Positions 36,414 through 49,712 are shown, counted from the first letter of the stretch. The stretch: DNA of 64,000 nucleotides from Candidatus Latescibacterota bacterium (GCA_021295655.1 JAGWBX010000024.1:8265-72264), one strand, 5' to 3'. The notes: a model not told the origin generated them from the letters alone. Numbers and translations: made by a program.

Positions 36414-36866
36414 CTACTCGGTGGTTACCGGGAATTCGCTGTTTTCGAGTGCGGCCTCGAGTGTATGCCACGCCAGGGTTGCGCATTTGATACGTACGGG
36501 GAACTCTCTCACGCCTGCGAAGACGGCCAGCTTTCCGATCCCGTCGACAACGGGTTCCGTGGAGATATCGCTTGTGACCAGGTCACGAAATTTTCCAAAG
36601 AGCAATTGGGCTTCCCGAATGGTCTGACCCTTCACGGCGTCTGTCATCAGAGAAGCCGACGCCTTCGAGATGGCGCATCCGGCGCCCTGAAAAGCAATAT
36701 CGGCGATCCTGCCTCCGTCGAGCTTGACGTAAAGGCTCAAGTGGTCGCCGCATAGCGGGTTGTGCCCCTCGGATGACCGATCAGCCTCAGATATGCACCG
36801 GTAGTTGCGCGGACTCCGGTTGTGGTCCAGAATGACCTGCTGGTAGAGTTCTCTGAGGTCGGACAT
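36414..36866 (-). CDS. sufU: SUF-system NifU-family scaffold SufU
   Basis: 'NPLCGD', 'GAGCAISKAS' and 'RIKCATLAW' are SufU hallmarks. Confidence 0.85.
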   Translation of the reverse strand: MSDLRELYQQVILDHNRSPRNYRCISEADRSSEGHNPLCGDHLSLYVKLDGGRIADIAFQGAGCAISKASASLMTDAVKGQTIREAQLLFGKFRDLVTSDISTEPVVDGIGKLAVFAGVREFPVRIKCATLAWHTLEAALENSEFPVTTE

Positions 36867-38146
36867 TAACGAAAAACCTCCTTGGCTGCGTGCAACGCCC
36901 GTACGAGCGTGTCGATGTCTTCCCGCGTATTGTAAAACGCGGTGGCCGCACGCGTTGTTGCGGAAATGTTGAAATGGCGCATGACGGGTTGGGCGCAGTG
37001 GTGTCCGGCGCGGACCGCCACGCCGTGCTGATCCACGATGGTGCCGACGTCGTGCGGGTGTATGCCATCCATCACAAAGGAAATGACGCTGACTCTTTCT
37101 CTTGCGGTACCAATGATTCTCAGACCTGAAATCCCGGCGAGGGCGTCCGTTGCGTAGGCGAACAGCTCATTCTCGTACGCAGCGGCGGCTTCCAGGTCGA
37201 TCCGGTTCAAGTAGTCAATAGCGGCGCCCAGCCCGATGCAACCGGCAATATGGGGCGTGCCCGCTTCGAATCGGGCCGGTGGATCGGCATAGGTGGTCTT
37301 TTCAAGCGAAACCTCTCGAATCATGCCGCCGCCACCCCTGTATGGCGGCATCGAATCCAGCAGTTCGCTTCTTCCGTAGAGTACTCCTATGCCGGTCGGA
37401 CCGTACAGTTTGTGCCCCGAAAAAGCGTAGAAGTCGCATCCCAGCGCCTGAACGTCCACCTTGAAATGGGGGACGGCCTGTGCTCCGTCCAGCAGAACGG
37501 GGATACCGCGTTCGCGCGCCGTATCCGTGATCGAAGCAACTGGATTGAGGGTGCCAAGGACGTTCGACACGTGTACAACGGACACGAGTTTCGTACGTTC
37601 GTTCAACAGCGGTTCGAGCCTGTCGATCTGTAGCTCGCCCCTGTCGTTAATGGGGACAACGCGAAGTTTCGCGCCTTTTTCCTCGCAGAGCATCTGCCAG
37701 GGCACGATATTCGAATGGTGCTCCATCGCGGTGACGACGATTTCGTCGCCGGCTTTTATGGTTTTTCGTCCCAAAGTCTGGGCAACCAGATTGATGCTGT
37801 CCGTCGTTCCGCTGGTGAAGATGATTTCCCGGTCGTGGGACGCGTTCAGAAACTGGCGGACCTTGTTGCGCGCGCCCTCGTAAGAATCCGTTGCAATCTG
37901 GCTGAGATGATGGACACCGCGATGCACGTTCGCATTCGCCGCTTCGTAAAAGACTTCGAGGACGTCGAGCACATCCCTGGGTTTCTGGGTTGTGGCGGCG
38001 TTGTCCAGGTAGACCAGCGGTTTGCCCCGAACGAATTGGTGTAGGACCGGAAAGTCCCGTCGGATACGGTGGGGATCGAAAGGCCCGGCGCGTTCGATGA
38101 GTGGGCAGGAGAGCCGTTCTGCCAGGGCATGTGCAGTAAGGCTCAT
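36866..38146 (-). CDS. sufS: cysteine desulfurase SufS
   Basis: 'YLDNAATTQKP', 'SGHKLYGPTGIG' (PLP Lys) and 'RAGHHCAQP' (catalytic Cys loop) are present. Confidence 0.9.
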   Translation of the reverse strand: MSLTAHALAERLSCPLIERAGPFDPHRIRRDFPVLHQFVRGKPLVYLDNAATTQKPRDVLDVLEVFYEAANANVHRGVHHLSQIATDSYEGARNKVRQFLNASHDREIIFTSGTTDSINLVAQTLGRKTIKAGDEIVVTAMEHHSNIVPWQMLCEEKGAKLRVVPINDRGELQIDRLEPLLNERTKLVSVVHVSNVLGTLNPVASITDTARERGIPVLLDGAQAVPHFKVDVQALGCDFYAFSGHKLYGPTGIGVLYGRSELLDSMPPYRGGGGMIREVSLEKTTYADPPARFEAGTPHIAGCIGLGAAIDYLNRIDLEAAAAYENELFAYATDALAGISGLRIIGTARERVSVISFVMDGIHPHDVGTIVDQHGVAVRAGHHCAQPVMRHFNISATTRAATAFYNTREDIDTLVRALHAAKEVFR

Positions 38147-39468
38147 GACGCGTTCCGGGCGTCACGCACCTGGTCGAATTTATCCATGACAATTCGTTCC
38201 AGGTAGTTTCGAACGGATTCGGGCTTGATCCTGTTAAGGATGTCGACCGCGAACGCATGTACCAGAATACGCTGTGCGGTTGCCTGACTCAACCCTCGCG
38301 AGCGCAGGTAGAAGACCGCGTTCTCATCGAGCTGACCGATCGTTGCGCCATGTGAGCACTTGACCTGATCGGCGTAGATTTCGAGTTGCGGCTTGGTATT
38401 GATGTCGGCGCCTTCCGATATGAGCAGGCTCTGGTTGCTCTGATACGCGTCGGTTTCCTGAGCCTTCCGGTGAACGTGTATCTTGCCGCGGAACACGCCG
38501 CTGGACCTGCCTCCGAGTATTCCCTTGTACAGTTCGTGGCTGTTGCAGTTCGGCTCGGCGTGTTCGATCAGGGTATGGTTGTCGATATGCTGTTCGCAGT
38601 CGGTCAGATAGAAGCCGTTGACCGTGGCTTCGCCGGCTTCACCGGCCAGCAGCGCATTGACTTCGTTACGCACCAGTTTGCCGCCGATAGAGATGGCGTG
38701 TGTGGACAGGTCGCTATGGGCGCCCTGGCGGCTCTGCATTGTGGCAATGTGAAACGCTTCCGGGCTCTCCAGTTCCAGCTTGTAGTGATCCACCTTCGCG
38801 CTATCGTTGGCGATCACCTCGGTAACCGCGTTCGTGAAATAGGCCCCGTCGCCTGTATAGGATTCGATAATCGTTACCTGGCTGTTTTCTTCGGCCAGTA
38901 CGAGGGTACGGGGGTGTGAAATGGAAGGGGCGCCTGAAGCGGTTGAAACAAAAACCACGTGAATGGGCGTCTCGACAGCGGTGCCCCGAGGGACGTATAT
39001 GACGGCGCCATCCTGCAGAAATGCGGTGTTGAGCGCGACGAAAGCGTGCTCATCGTAAGCGGCGTGCCGTGCGATATTGCCTGCCACCCAGTCGGCCTCG
39101 GAATCCTTTAATCCGGCAAGACTGCACGCCCGAACACCATGCGGGAGGCTCCCCGCGCGGGAACGTTCGGCGCTGTAGAAGCCGTTTACGAAGACCAGGC
39201 GTGTCGCAGTCAGGTCCTGAAAAACCTGCTCCGACTTCCAGGCCCCCTGCGCATCCTCCAGCGTCGTTGTGCGAAACGGCGTACGGACAAGCGGCGCGAC
39301 ATTCGTGTGAAACCAGGCTTCGTCCCTTGTGCCCGGAAACCCGAGTTCCGCGAAACGGCCGATCGCCGACCTGCGAAGCGCGTGCAGGGGCGCGCCGGAT
39401 CTTCCGTTCAGGCTTTCTTCAAACCTGGCAAATGCCGACAGATAGGTGTGCGTGCCTTCGAACTTCAT
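38143..39468 (-). CDS. sufD: Fe-S cluster assembly protein SufD
   Basis: 441 aa in the position between sufC and sufS. The C-terminal 'KCSHGATIGQLD...FYLRSRGL' is SufB/D-type. Confidence 0.85.
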   Translation of the reverse strand: MKFEGTHTYLSAFARFEESLNGRSGAPLHALRRSAIGRFAELGFPGTRDEAWFHTNVAPLVRTPFRTTTLEDAQGAWKSEQVFQDLTATRLVFVNGFYSAERSRAGSLPHGVRACSLAGLKDSEADWVAGNIARHAAYDEHAFVALNTAFLQDGAVIYVPRGTAVETPIHVVFVSTASGAPSISHPRTLVLAEENSQVTIIESYTGDGAYFTNAVTEVIANDSAKVDHYKLELESPEAFHIATMQSRQGAHSDLSTHAISIGGKLVRNEVNALLAGEAGEATVNGFYLTDCEQHIDNHTLIEHAEPNCNSHELYKGILGGRSSGVFRGKIHVHRKAQETDAYQSNQSLLISEGADINTKPQLEIYADQVKCSHGATIGQLDENAVFYLRSRGLSQATAQRILVHAFAVDILNRIKPESVRNYLERIVMDKFDQVRDARNAS

Positions 39469-39482
39469 GAAGCGGCTACCTC

Positions 39483-39498
39483 CTTATTCAACGGACTG
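39483..39498 (-). repeat. R1-G: left-arm half copy in the sufC-sufD spacer
   Basis: The minus strand reads TGA(sufC stop)-CAGTCCGTTGAATAAG-GAGGTAGCCGCTTC-ATG(sufD). Confidence 0.4.
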
Positions 39499-40272
39499 TC
39501 AGGTGCGGGCGAGTCGGGCCGTGGATTCCTCTCGAATCCAATCGTAGCCATCGGCTTCCAGCTTCCGGGCGAGTTCCTTGTCGCCCGATTTGACAATCCG
39601 GCCCTTCAGAAGAACATGCACGAAGTCCGGCACGATGTAATTCAACAGCCGCTGATAATGGGTGACCACGAGGACTGCGCTTTCGGGGTTTTTCCGGTGA
39701 AGCGCATTGACGCCGTCGGCCACGATTCTCAGGGCGTCGATATCCAATCCGGAGTCGGTTTCGTCCATGATGGCCAGCCTGGGTTCGAGCATGGCCATCT
39801 GGAAAATCTCGTTCCGCTTTTTCTCGCCGCCGGAAAAGCCCTCGTTGACCGCCCGGTTGAGAAAGGACTCGTCCATTTCCACCAGTTTGAGCTTGTCCCG
39901 GGAGAGGGCGAGAAAATCCATCGCATCGAGTTCGTCCTGGCCGCGTGCCCTGCGGAGCTCATTGAGTGCCGTACGGAGAAAATAGGCGCTGTTGACGCCG
40001 GGGATCTCAACCGGATATTGAAAGGCCATGAAAACGCCGGCCTGGGCGCGTTCTTCAGGGTCCAGATCCAGAAGATCCTCGCCTTCGTAGTAAACTTCGC
40101 CCCGGGTGACTTCATATTCTTCCCGCCCGGCCAACACCTGGGCAAGGGTACTCTTGCCGGACCCGTTGGGTCCCATAATGGCGTGAATCTCCCCGGCATT
40201 GATATTCAGGTTGATTCCGGTAAGGATTCCGGTTCCCTCGATGCTTGCCTGCAGGTCTTTGATTTCCAGCAT
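39499..40272 (-). CDS. sufC: Fe-S cluster assembly ATPase SufC
   Basis: 'GPNGSGKSTL', 'FSGGEKKRNEI' and 'AIMDETDSGLD' are present. Confidence 0.95.
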   Translation of the reverse strand: MLEIKDLQASIEGTGILTGINLNINAGEIHAIMGPNGSGKSTLAQVLAGREEYEVTRGEVYYEGEDLLDLDPEERAQAGVFMAFQYPVEIPGVNSAYFLRTALNELRRARGQDELDAMDFLALSRDKLKLVEMDESFLNRAVNEGFSGGEKKRNEIFQMAMLEPRLAIMDETDSGLDIDALRIVADGVNALHRKNPESAVLVVTHYQRLLNYIVPDFVHVLLKGRIVKSGDKELARKLEADGYDWIREESTARLART

Positions 40273-40386
40273 TCGTATACTGTCCTCAGTTTCTGAAGTG
40301 AAGCCCGATGTGACGGGGCATGGGTCAACAGTCCGTCCGGGAAGCCTTGAGTGTTACCAACGTCTCGCCGTCCGTCGTCTCATGTT

Positions 40387-41853
40387 TTATCCGACACTGC
40401 CCTCCAGGCTGATGCCAAGCAGCTTCTGCGCTTCGACGGCGAATTCCATGGGGAGTTCGGCCAGCACCTCCTTGCAGAAACCGTTGACGATCATGGATAC
40501 GGCGTCTTCGGTGGAGATACCGCGCTGGTTACAGTAGAAGATCTGGTCTTCACCGATCTTTGAGGTGGACGCTTCGTGCTCGACCTGGGAGGTCGTGTTC
40601 CTGACATCGATGTATGGAAACGTGTGAGCGCCGCAGCGGTCGCCGATGAGCATGGAGTCGCATTGGGTGAAGTTTCGCGCGTTCGATGCGCCCTTCATCA
40701 CCTGCACCCGGCCTCGATAGGTGTTCTGCCCGTTCTTTGCCGAGATGCCTTTCGACACGACCGTGCTGCGGGTGTTTTTGCCAAGATGGATCATTTTGGT
40801 GCCCGTATCGGCCTGCTGGCGCCCGCTGGTGACGGCCACCGAATAGAATTCTCCAATGGAGTTGTCACCCTGGAGAATGCAGCTTGGGTATTTCCAGGTT
40901 ATTGCCGATCCGGTCTCAACCTGGGTCCAGGAGATCTTGGCGTTGGCGCCGCGGCAGGCGCCGCGTTTGGTTACGAAGTTATATATTCCGCCCACGCCGT
41001 TTTCGTCGCCGGGATACCAGTTCTGAACGGTCGAGTATTTGATCTGCGCATCGTCGAGGGCGACCAGTTCCACAACCGCGGCGTGGAGCTGGTTTTCGTC
41101 TCTCTGGGGGGCCGTGCATCCTTCGAGGTACGAAACGTAGGCCCCTTCTTCGGCGACAATGAGCGTCCGTTCGAACTGGCCCGTGTTGGCCGCGTTGATG
41201 CGGAAGTAGGTGGACAGTTCCATCGGACACCGCACGCCCCGGGGGATGTAGCAGAATGAGCCGTCGGTAAAGACGGCGGAGTTGAGTGCGGCGAAGAAAT
41301 TGTCGTTGTACGGCACGACCGAACCCAGGTATTTCCTCACCAGCTCGGGATGGTCCTGAACGGCTTCGGAGAACGAACAGAAAATGATCCCCAGATCCGA
41401 AAGCTTGTCCTTGAAGGTCGTCGCCACGGACACGCTGTCGAAAACGGCGTCGACCGCCACGCCCGCCAGCATTTTCTGTTCCTCGAGCGGAATGCCGAGT
41501 TTTTCGTAAGTACGGAGGATTTCGGGATCGACCTCGTCGAGGCTCTGGAGTGTCTCCGCATTCCTGGGCGCCGAGTAATAGATGATTTTCTGATAGTCGA
41601 TATCCGGATAGTCGACCATTGCCCACTGTCGGCTGCGCCCGCGGCGGGTGGGATCATCCATCCCGAGCCAGTTGTGATACGCCTTGAGACGCCAATCCAA
41701 CAGCCAGTCGGGCTCGGATTTCTTCCGGGAAATGAAGGCGATAATGTCTTCATTCAGACCCGGTGGCGCGGCGTCCTGTTCGATTTCCGTGACGAACCCG
41801 TATTTGTATTCTCTGGTCGCCAGTTCTTCGATTTCCTGGACTTCTTCGCTCAT
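40387..41853 (-). CDS. sufB: Fe-S cluster assembly scaffold SufB
   Basis: 488 aa. 'YKYGF', 'YIPRGVRCP' and '[15 protein letters not shown]' are SufB hallmarks. Confidence 0.95.
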   Translation of the reverse strand: MSEEVQEIEELATREYKYGFVTEIEQDAAPPGLNEDIIAFISRKKSEPDWLLDWRLKAYHNWLGMDDPTRRGRSRQWAMVDYPDIDYQKIIYYSAPRNAETLQSLDEVDPEILRTYEKLGIPLEEQKMLAGVAVDAVFDSVSVATTFKDKLSDLGIIFCSFSEAVQDHPELVRKYLGSVVPYNDNFFAALNSAVFTDGSFCYIPRGVRCPMELSTYFRINAANTGQFERTLIVAEEGAYVSYLEGCTAPQRDENQLHAAVVELVALDDAQIKYSTVQNWYPGDENGVGGIYNFVTKRGACRGANAKISWTQVETGSAITWKYPSCILQGDNSIGEFYSVAVTSGRQQADTGTKMIHLGKNTRSTVVSKGISAKNGQNTYRGRVQVMKGASNARNFTQCDSMLIGDRCGAHTFPYIDVRNTTSQVEHEASTSKIGEDQIFYCNQRGISTEDAVSMIVNGFCKEVLAELPMEFAVEAQKLLGISLEGSVG

Positions 41854-41938
41854 CCTGCGCTCCTTCCACGACTTGAAAGGGCATTAGTTTTGTTATTGTT
41901 TATGCGACACGTCGATAACGTTTCCTGAATTCAGGCTT

Positions 41939-41967
41939 AACATACCCAATCCGTATCCATGTGTCAA
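41939..41967 (-). promoter_or_regulatory. suf promoter TTGACA-17-TATGTT (minus strand)
   Basis: -35 at 41962-41967 and -10 at 41939-41944. The palindrome CCTGAATTCAGG (41924-41935) overlaps the predicted start site. Confidence 0.5.
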
Positions 41968-42064
41968 GATCAAAAATGTACGAAAAAGTCAAGTTTAATC
42001 CATTTCGAAGTCACGCGGGCACCCGCGCGGGCGGGTGGATCGATGTTCGAGGGGTGCTTTTCAC

Positions 42065-42094
42065 TTGACAGAAGCGCCCGGATTTCGCTAATTT
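42065..42094 (+). promoter_or_regulatory. nuo promoter TTGACA-18-TAATTT
   Basis: -35 at 42065-42070 and -10 at 42089-42094, about 100 nt upstream of nuoA. Confidence 0.45.
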
Positions 42095-42193
42095 ATCGCC
42101 GTCAGTTTCGAATGCGCAAAACGTAATGAATGCAGGCTCAGGCGCAATCTTGCGCACGTTCGACGGCGCAGCCCAAGGGGAGGCCCGGATACC

Positions 42194-42613
42194 ATGCTGG
42201 ATCAATATGCCAACGTACTCATTTTTCTGGGTATCGGCGCTCTCTTCGTGGTGGTCAATCTGTTTATTGGCAGCCTGATTCGGCCCAGGAATCCCAGCGC
42301 GGAGAAACTAAGTACGTACGAGTGCGGCGAAGAGCCCGTGGGTGGATCATGGATTCAATTCAATATCCGGTTCTACGTGATCGCCCTGGATTTCATCATC
42401 TTCGACGTGGAAGTCGTCCTGCTGTATCCCTGGGCCGTTGTGGCGAACGATTTCGGCTGGTACGGCTTCGGCGCGATGTCGATCTTCGCTGTCGTACTCC
42501 TGCTGGGCCTCGCGTACGCCTGGCGGAAAGGGGCGCTCGAGTGGGTTCGCCCCAAATTGTCGGGGCGGCAGGCGCCGGTACCGGCACCTGCGGCCGGAAG
42601 CCGCGTCGGCTGA
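42194..42613 (+). CDS. nuoA: NADH-quinone oxidoreductase subunit A
   Basis: 'YECGEEPVG', 'FDVEVVLLYPW' and three TM segments. It carries a Pro/Ala-rich C-terminal tail of about 20 aa. Confidence 0.85.
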   Translation: MLDQYANVLIFLGIGALFVVVNLFIGSLIRPRNPSAEKLSTYECGEEPVGGSWIQFNIRFYVIALDFIIFDVEVVLLYPWAVVANDFGWYGFGAMSIFAVVLLLGLAYAWRKGALEWVRPKLSGRQAPVPAPAAGSRVG

Positions 42614-42754
42614 CCGGTCGATCCGGCTCAGGTTCGTTGCCGGCACATCGATTGGACCGTTCCGCCTGCATTGCATCACCGGATACCTTTCGCTGCCGTT
42701 CACGGCATTCAACTCGCGTCATCCGGCTGGACGCTTCAGGAGGCAGGCCCGTTT

Positions 42755-43240
42755 ATGGGAAAGCTCACAGGTCGTTTCCAGGATAACGTCATTGTAACAT
42801 CGGTCGATTATTTCGTCAATTGGGCGCGGCTGTCCTCGCTCTGGCCGATGACATTCGGATTGGCGTGTTGCGCCATAGAAATGATGGCCACGGGGGCGTC
42901 GCGGTACGATTGGTCGCGCCTGGGCATGGTTCCGCGCGCCACCCCGCGGCAGTCCGATCTGATGATTGTGGCCGGCACGGTTACCTTGAAAATGGCCACT
43001 CGTGTAAAGAAACTGTACGACCAGATGGCCGAGCCCCGGTACGTGATGTCGATGGGCTGCTGTGCAACGTCCGGCGGCCCGTACTGGCAGCACGGATACC
43101 ACGTTTTGAAGGGTGTTGACAGGGTTGTGCCGGTTGATGTCTATGTCCCGGGTTGTCCTCCGAGGCCGGAGGCCCTGCTGGAGGGCGTAATGAAACTGCA
43201 GGACAGGATCCGCATCGATTCCATCGCGAAAGTGAGTTGA
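42755..43240 (+). CDS. nuoB: NADH-quinone oxidoreductase subunit B
   Basis: '[18 protein letters not shown]', 'MGCCATSGG' and 'PGCPPRPE' are present. CAGGAGG lies upstream of ATG 42755. Confidence 0.9.
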   Translation: MGKLTGRFQDNVIVTSVDYFVNWARLSSLWPMTFGLACCAIEMMATGASRYDWSRLGMVPRATPRQSDLMIVAGTVTLKMATRVKKLYDQMAEPRYVMSMGCCATSGGPYWQHGYHVLKGVDRVVPVDVYVPGCPPRPEALLEGVMKLQDRIRIDSIAKVS

Positions 43241-43284
43241 GCCGGTTCGGAAACCTTGCGCCGGAACGTGTGTGGAGGCGAACA

Positions 43285-43755
43285 ATGACGCCGCAGGAGA
43301 TTTTCGATCGGCTGAAAGAGAAGTTCGGCGACCGGGTTCTGGATCTGACCGAAAACGTGGATCCGTTTATTCTGGTGAGCGCTGATGCAATTGCCGAAAT
43401 CGGTCTTTATTTGAGAGACGATGAGGCAATGCGGTTCGAATCGTTGATGTGTCTGAGCGGGGTGGATTATCCGCAACACCTTTCGCTGGTCTACCATCTG
43501 TTCTCCTCGGCGCACCGCCACAAGATAACGCTTAAGGCGGAGATGGGAAGAGAGGATCCCCGATTACCAACCGTGGAGGGCGTCTGGCGGGTGGCGAACT
43601 GGCACGAACGCGAGACGTACGACATGTTCGGCGTTGTCTTCGAAGGCCACAGCGACCTGCGTCGAATCCTGTGTCCCGACGATTGGGAGGGATGGCCCCT
43701 GCGCAAGGATTACGAGGTCCAGGAATATTATCGCGGTATCCGGGTTGAGGTATAG
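43285..43755 (+). CDS. nuoC: NADH-quinone oxidoreductase subunit C
   Basis: 'WHERETYDMFGVVFEGHSDLRRIL' matches the family. Confidence 0.85.
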   Translation: MTPQEIFDRLKEKFGDRVLDLTENVDPFILVSADAIAEIGLYLRDDEAMRFESLMCLSGVDYPQHLSLVYHLFSSAHRHKITLKAEMGREDPRLPTVEGVWRVANWHERETYDMFGVVFEGHSDLRRILCPDDWEGWPLRKDYEVQEYYRGIRVEV

Positions 43756-43758
43756 ATT

Positions 43759-44958
43759 ATGACGGAAATTTCACGGGCGGCGACAGAGGTGACGGTGGAA
43801 CGGCCGGGGCTGCCGCCGGTAGAGGACGTGGAGGACGACAACCTCAACAGCGAGTTGATGACGATCAACATGGGACCCCAGCATCCGAGCACGCACGGGG
43901 TGCTGCGTTTGGAGATCAAGACGGACGGAGAGATTGTAGAAGAGGCAAAACCCCATATCGGCTATCTCCATCGTTGCTTCGAGAAGCACGCCGAGAACCT
44001 GCCGTATCAACAGGTGATCCCGTTCACGGATCGAATGGACTACCTGGCGGCGATGAACAACAATATGGGGTATGTTCTTGCTGTAGAAAAACTCCTGGGG
44101 ATCGAGATTCCGGAGCGCGTGGAATACATCCGGGTGATCATGTGCGAGTTGAACCGGATTGCAAGCCACCTGGTTTCGTTCGGGACCTATGGCATGGATA
44201 TCGGGGCGTTTACGCCCTTTTTGTTTGCCTTCAGGGAACGTGAGGATATTTTCGACCTGTTCGAGATGACGTGCGGGGCCCGGATGCTGTACAATTATAT
44301 CTGGGTGGGCGGAGTCTCTCACGATCTGCCGCCCGGTTTCATGGAGCGCTGCCGGCATTTCCTCACCGCGTTCGAAGGAAAACTGAAGGAGTACAACGAT
44401 CTGCTGTCGTACAACAAGATCTTCATTGAACGCACCGCCAACGTCGGCGTTCTGTCGCTGGAGTCGGCGTACAGCCACAACATTACCGGTCCGAATCTTC
44501 GGGGCTGCGGAGTGGAATGGGACCTGCGTAGGGACGAACCGTATTCAATATACGATCGATTCGAGTTCGACGTGCCCTGCGGCAGGGGAGAGATGGGGAC
44601 CCTGGGGGATTGCTGGGACCGGTATATGGTGCGGATTCGCGAGATGGAGCAGAGCGCCGGGATCGTGTCTCAGGCGCTCGATCAACTCCCCGACGGCGGC
44701 GACGTACAGGCCGCGGTCCCCAGAAACGTCCGGCCCCCCAAAGACGCGGAGTGCTACGTTCGCAGCGAAAACCCCAGAGGTGAGCTGGGCGTATACGTGA
44801 TCAGCGACGGTTCCAACGTGCCGTACCGGGTGCGTGTGAAATCGCCCTGCTTTACGGTGATGAGCGTATTCGACGAACTGGCAAGGGGCCATTATCTGGC
44901 CGACATTATCGCCATCATCGGAAGCATCGATATCGTACTGGGCGAGATCGACCGCTAG
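43759..44958 (+). CDS. nuoD: NADH-quinone oxidoreductase subunit D
   Basis: '[14 protein letters not shown]' and '[10 protein letters not shown]' are present. It ends with 'DIVLGEIDR'. Confidence 0.95.
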   Translation: MTEISRAATEVTVERPGLPPVEDVEDDNLNSELMTINMGPQHPSTHGVLRLEIKTDGEIVEEAKPHIGYLHRCFEKHAENLPYQQVIPFTDRMDYLAAMNNNMGYVLAVEKLLGIEIPERVEYIRVIMCELNRIASHLVSFGTYGMDIGAFTPFLFAFREREDIFDLFEMTCGARMLYNYIWVGGVSHDLPPGFMERCRHFLTAFEGKLKEYNDLLSYNKIFIERTANVGVLSLESAYSHNITGPNLRGCGVEWDLRRDEPYSIYDRFEFDVPCGRGEMGTLGDCWDRYMVRIREMEQSAGIVSQALDQLPDGGDVQAAVPRNVRPPKDAECYVRSENPRGELGVYVISDGSNVPYRVRVKSPCFTVMSVFDELARGHYLADIIAIIGSIDIVLGEIDR

Positions 44959-44969
44959 AGGGATGCCAC

Positions 44970-46145
44970 ATGCTCGAGTTAGCAGAGGTGATAGTAAGTC
45001 AGGTGGGCTTTTTGAGCGCCGTGCCGATCGGTCTGGTGTCCCTTGCATTGGGGTTGCTCGCCGGGATCGTTGTCGTAACGCTTGTCGCGGTACTCGGGCT
45101 CATCATGGTTTACATGGAAATGAAAATATCCGCACACATCCAGGACCGCCTGGGACCGATGCGAACCGGCGGCTGGCACGGTTGGGCGCAGCCCATTGCC
45201 GACGGTGTCAAGCTGCTCCTGAAGGAAGACATCATTCCGGCCGCGGCGGACAAGGGTCTTTTCATCCTGGCGCCGCTGCTGGTCTTTTCCGGAACCCTGG
45301 CCGTCTTCGTCTGCATCCCCTTCGGCGGCAGCCTGATCGTAAGCGATCTGAAAATCGGGATATTTTATATTCTCGCCATTTCGTCGCTGGGGGTTCTGGG
45401 CATTCTCATGGCCGGGTGGGCGTCCAACAACAAGTGGTCTCTTCTCGGCGCGATGCGCTCGGCGGCACAGGTCGTGAGCTACGAAATTCCGGTGGCCGTG
45501 GCGTTCCTGAGCGTACTTCCTCTCGCAGGCACCCTGAGCACACAGGGCCTGGTCGACGCGCAGTCCGGGTCGATGTATCACTGGTTCGTGTTTCGCAATC
45601 CCTTTACGTTTCTCGCGTTCATCCTCTACTTTATCGCTTCGCTTGCCGAAGTCAACCGGACCCCGTTCGATATACCCGAGGCCGAATCAGAACTGGTGGC
45701 GGGCTATCACACCGAATACAGCGGCATGAGGTTCTCCTTCTTTTTCGTGGCCGAATACGCGGCGATGGTTGCCGTGAGTATGGTTGGCGCGGTTGTGTTT
45801 CTGGGTGGCTGGCAGGCCCCCTGGGGCGGTTCGTTTCCGGCCGGTCCCGTCTGGATGATCGGAAAGGGTCTCCTGCTGGTGGCCGTGCAGATGTGGATCC
45901 GCTGGACGCTTCCCCGTCTGCGTGTCGATCAGTTGATGTTCGTGGGCTGGAAGGTGCTCACGCCGGCCACGTTTCTGTGCCTGTTCGGATCGGTCGTGTG
46001 GCAATTCGCCGTTCCGGCCTGGGTACAGGAAATCTCCAAGGTAGGGTTGATGGGCGCGCTGGCCATCATTCTTGCCTTTCTGCTGCGTTCGGCCGCCCAG
46101 GGATTGATGCACGGGCGGACACAGCGCGCCCAGACCGCATCGTAG
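44970..46145 (+). CDS. nuoH: NADH-quinone oxidoreductase subunit H
   Basis: '[23 protein letters not shown]' and '[16 protein letters not shown]' are present. It follows nuoD directly, with no nuoEFG between them. Confidence 0.95.
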   Translation: MLELAEVIVSQVGFLSAVPIGLVSLALGLLAGIVVVTLVAVLGLIMVYMEMKISAHIQDRLGPMRTGGWHGWAQPIADGVKLLLKEDIIPAAADKGLFILAPLLVFSGTLAVFVCIPFGGSLIVSDLKIGIFYILAISSLGVLGILMAGWASNNKWSLLGAMRSAAQVVSYEIPVAVAFLSVLPLAGTLSTQGLVDAQSGSMYHWFVFRNPFTFLAFILYFIASLAEVNRTPFDIPEAESELVAGYHTEYSGMRFSFFFVAEYAAMVAVSMVGAVVFLGGWQAPWGGSFPAGPVWMIGKGLLLVAVQMWIRWTLPRLRVDQLMFVGWKVLTPATFLCLFGSVVWQFAVPAWVQEISKVGLMGALAIILAFLLRSAAQGLMHGRTQRAQTAS

Positions 46146-46199
46146 CAAGGCGACAGATCTCGATCAGACTCCAAGGACTCTTCCTCCACAGGTGATGCA

Positions 46200-46688
46200 A
46201 TGGGATCGTATTTCAGGAATCTCTATCAGTCCGCTGCTTCCATCTGGGTGGGCCTGAATATCACGTTGAAGCATATGTTCACGCCGTCAATAACCCTGCA
46301 ATACCCGGACGAGCGCTGGCAGATGCCGGAACGGGCGCGCAACCAGCTGTTCAACGATATAGATGATTGCATCGGCTGCGATCAGTGTGCAAGAGCCTGT
46401 CCCGTGGACTGCATTTACATCGAATGCGAAAAGGCCGGTCCGGACGAGGATCTGGGCCTGACGTCCAAGGGTACGAAAAAGCGGCTCAAGGTCCTGCGTT
46501 TCGATATCGACATGGGGCTTTGCTGTTATTGCGGCCTTTGTACGTATCCCTGCCCCACTGAATGTCTGGTGATGACCCCGAACTACGAGTCGTCGGTCTA
46601 CGATCGGACGGATCTGATCTACCGATACGCCAGACCATGGGACTACGAAAAGAAGCCCGCTGACGCAGCGTCCGCCGAACGCCGGTAG
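46200..46688 (+). CDS. nuoI: NADH-quinone oxidoreductase subunit I
   Basis: Two 4Fe-4S motifs, 'CIGCDQCARACP' and 'CCYCGLCTYPCP'. Confidence 0.9.
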   Translation: MGSYFRNLYQSAASIWVGLNITLKHMFTPSITLQYPDERWQMPERARNQLFNDIDDCIGCDQCARACPVDCIYIECEKAGPDEDLGLTSKGTKKRLKVLRFDIDMGLCCYCGLCTYPCPTECLVMTPNYESSVYDRTDLIYRYARPWDYEKKPADAASAERR

Positions 46689-46792
46689 ACGGCGGGGGGT
46701 TGGGTCAGGGCACGGCGCGAAAGACATCGCAGCGGGCCTCGATGCGACTGGCCGGCCAAATCTGAAACCCGGCGTCCGGGACTGGTTGTCAT

Positions 46793-47314
46793 ATGGAACT
46801 CTCTTCGATTGTGTTTTACCTGTTTGCCGCCGTGACCGTGGGGTCGGCGGCCGCGGTCGTTTTTGTAAGCCGGCTGATTTACGCCGTGTTTGCGCTGCTG
46901 TTTACGTTTTTCGGCGTCGCCGGTTTGTACGTATTTCTCGATGCCGATTTCCTGGCCGGAGCGCAGGTATTGATCTATGTCGGCGGAATCCTGATTCTGT
47001 TGCTCTTTGGCGTGATGCTGACCAACCGGATCTACGACTTGAATCTGCTGGCCGAACGGGTGCAGTTCCTGCCCAGCGTGGTCGTCGTGGGCGCGGGGTT
47101 CGCGCTGCTGGTCATGGTGATCCTGAAAACAACGTGGCCGCTGTCCGATGGACCGGCGCCTGCTTCCAGTACGGCGGAGATCGGAAAGTCGCTCATGACA
47201 ACCTACGTTCTGCCGTTCGAGGTTGCAGGCATGCTTTTGCTGGCCGCCCTGCTGGGCGCTTCGATGTTGGCCGGAAGCGGGAAGGGGCAGGAGGAGGACG
47301 AGGGGGAGTTATGA
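46793..47314 (+). CDS. nuoJ: NADH-quinone oxidoreductase subunit J
   Basis: 173 aa hydrophobic protein with 'AQVLIYVGGILILLLF', in the operon position expected for nuoJ. Confidence 0.85.
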   Translation: MELSSIVFYLFAAVTVGSAAAVVFVSRLIYAVFALLFTFFGVAGLYVFLDADFLAGAQVLIYVGGILILLLFGVMLTNRIYDLNLLAERVQFLPSVVVVGAGFALLVMVILKTTWPLSDGPAPASSTAEIGKSLMTTYVLPFEVAGMLLLAALLGASMLAGSGKGQEEDEGEL

Positions 47315-47616
47315 TTTCCCTGGAGCACTATCTGGTCGTGGGGGCCATTCTTTTCTGTCTGGGAATTCTGGCCGTTGCCACCCGCCGCAATGCAATCAGC
47401 ATTCTGATGGGGGTGGAGCTCATATTGAATGCCGCCAACCTGAACCTCGTTGCGTTCGCACGGTTTTCGGATTCGGGGCTGGAGGGTCAGGTTTTCGCCG
47501 TTTTCGTGATCGTGCTCGCCGCGGCCGAGGCGGCGGTTGCACTCGCGATTGTTTTGAACATTTACCGCAATTATCAAATGGTCAACATCGACAGACTGGA
47601 CTCACTGAGCGGTTGA
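47311..47616 (+). CDS. nuoK: NADH-quinone oxidoreductase subunit K
   Basis: 'MGVELILNAANLNLVAF' and 'AAAEAAVALAIV' are present. There is an ATGA overlap with nuoJ. Confidence 0.9.
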   Translation: MISLEHYLVVGAILFCLGILAVATRRNAISILMGVELILNAANLNLVAFARFSDSGLEGQVFAVFVIVLAAAEAAVALAIVLNIYRNYQMVNIDRLDSLSG

Positions 47617-47633
47617 CGGTTCCGGGGGAGTGA

Positions 47634-49712
<2,079 letters not shown>

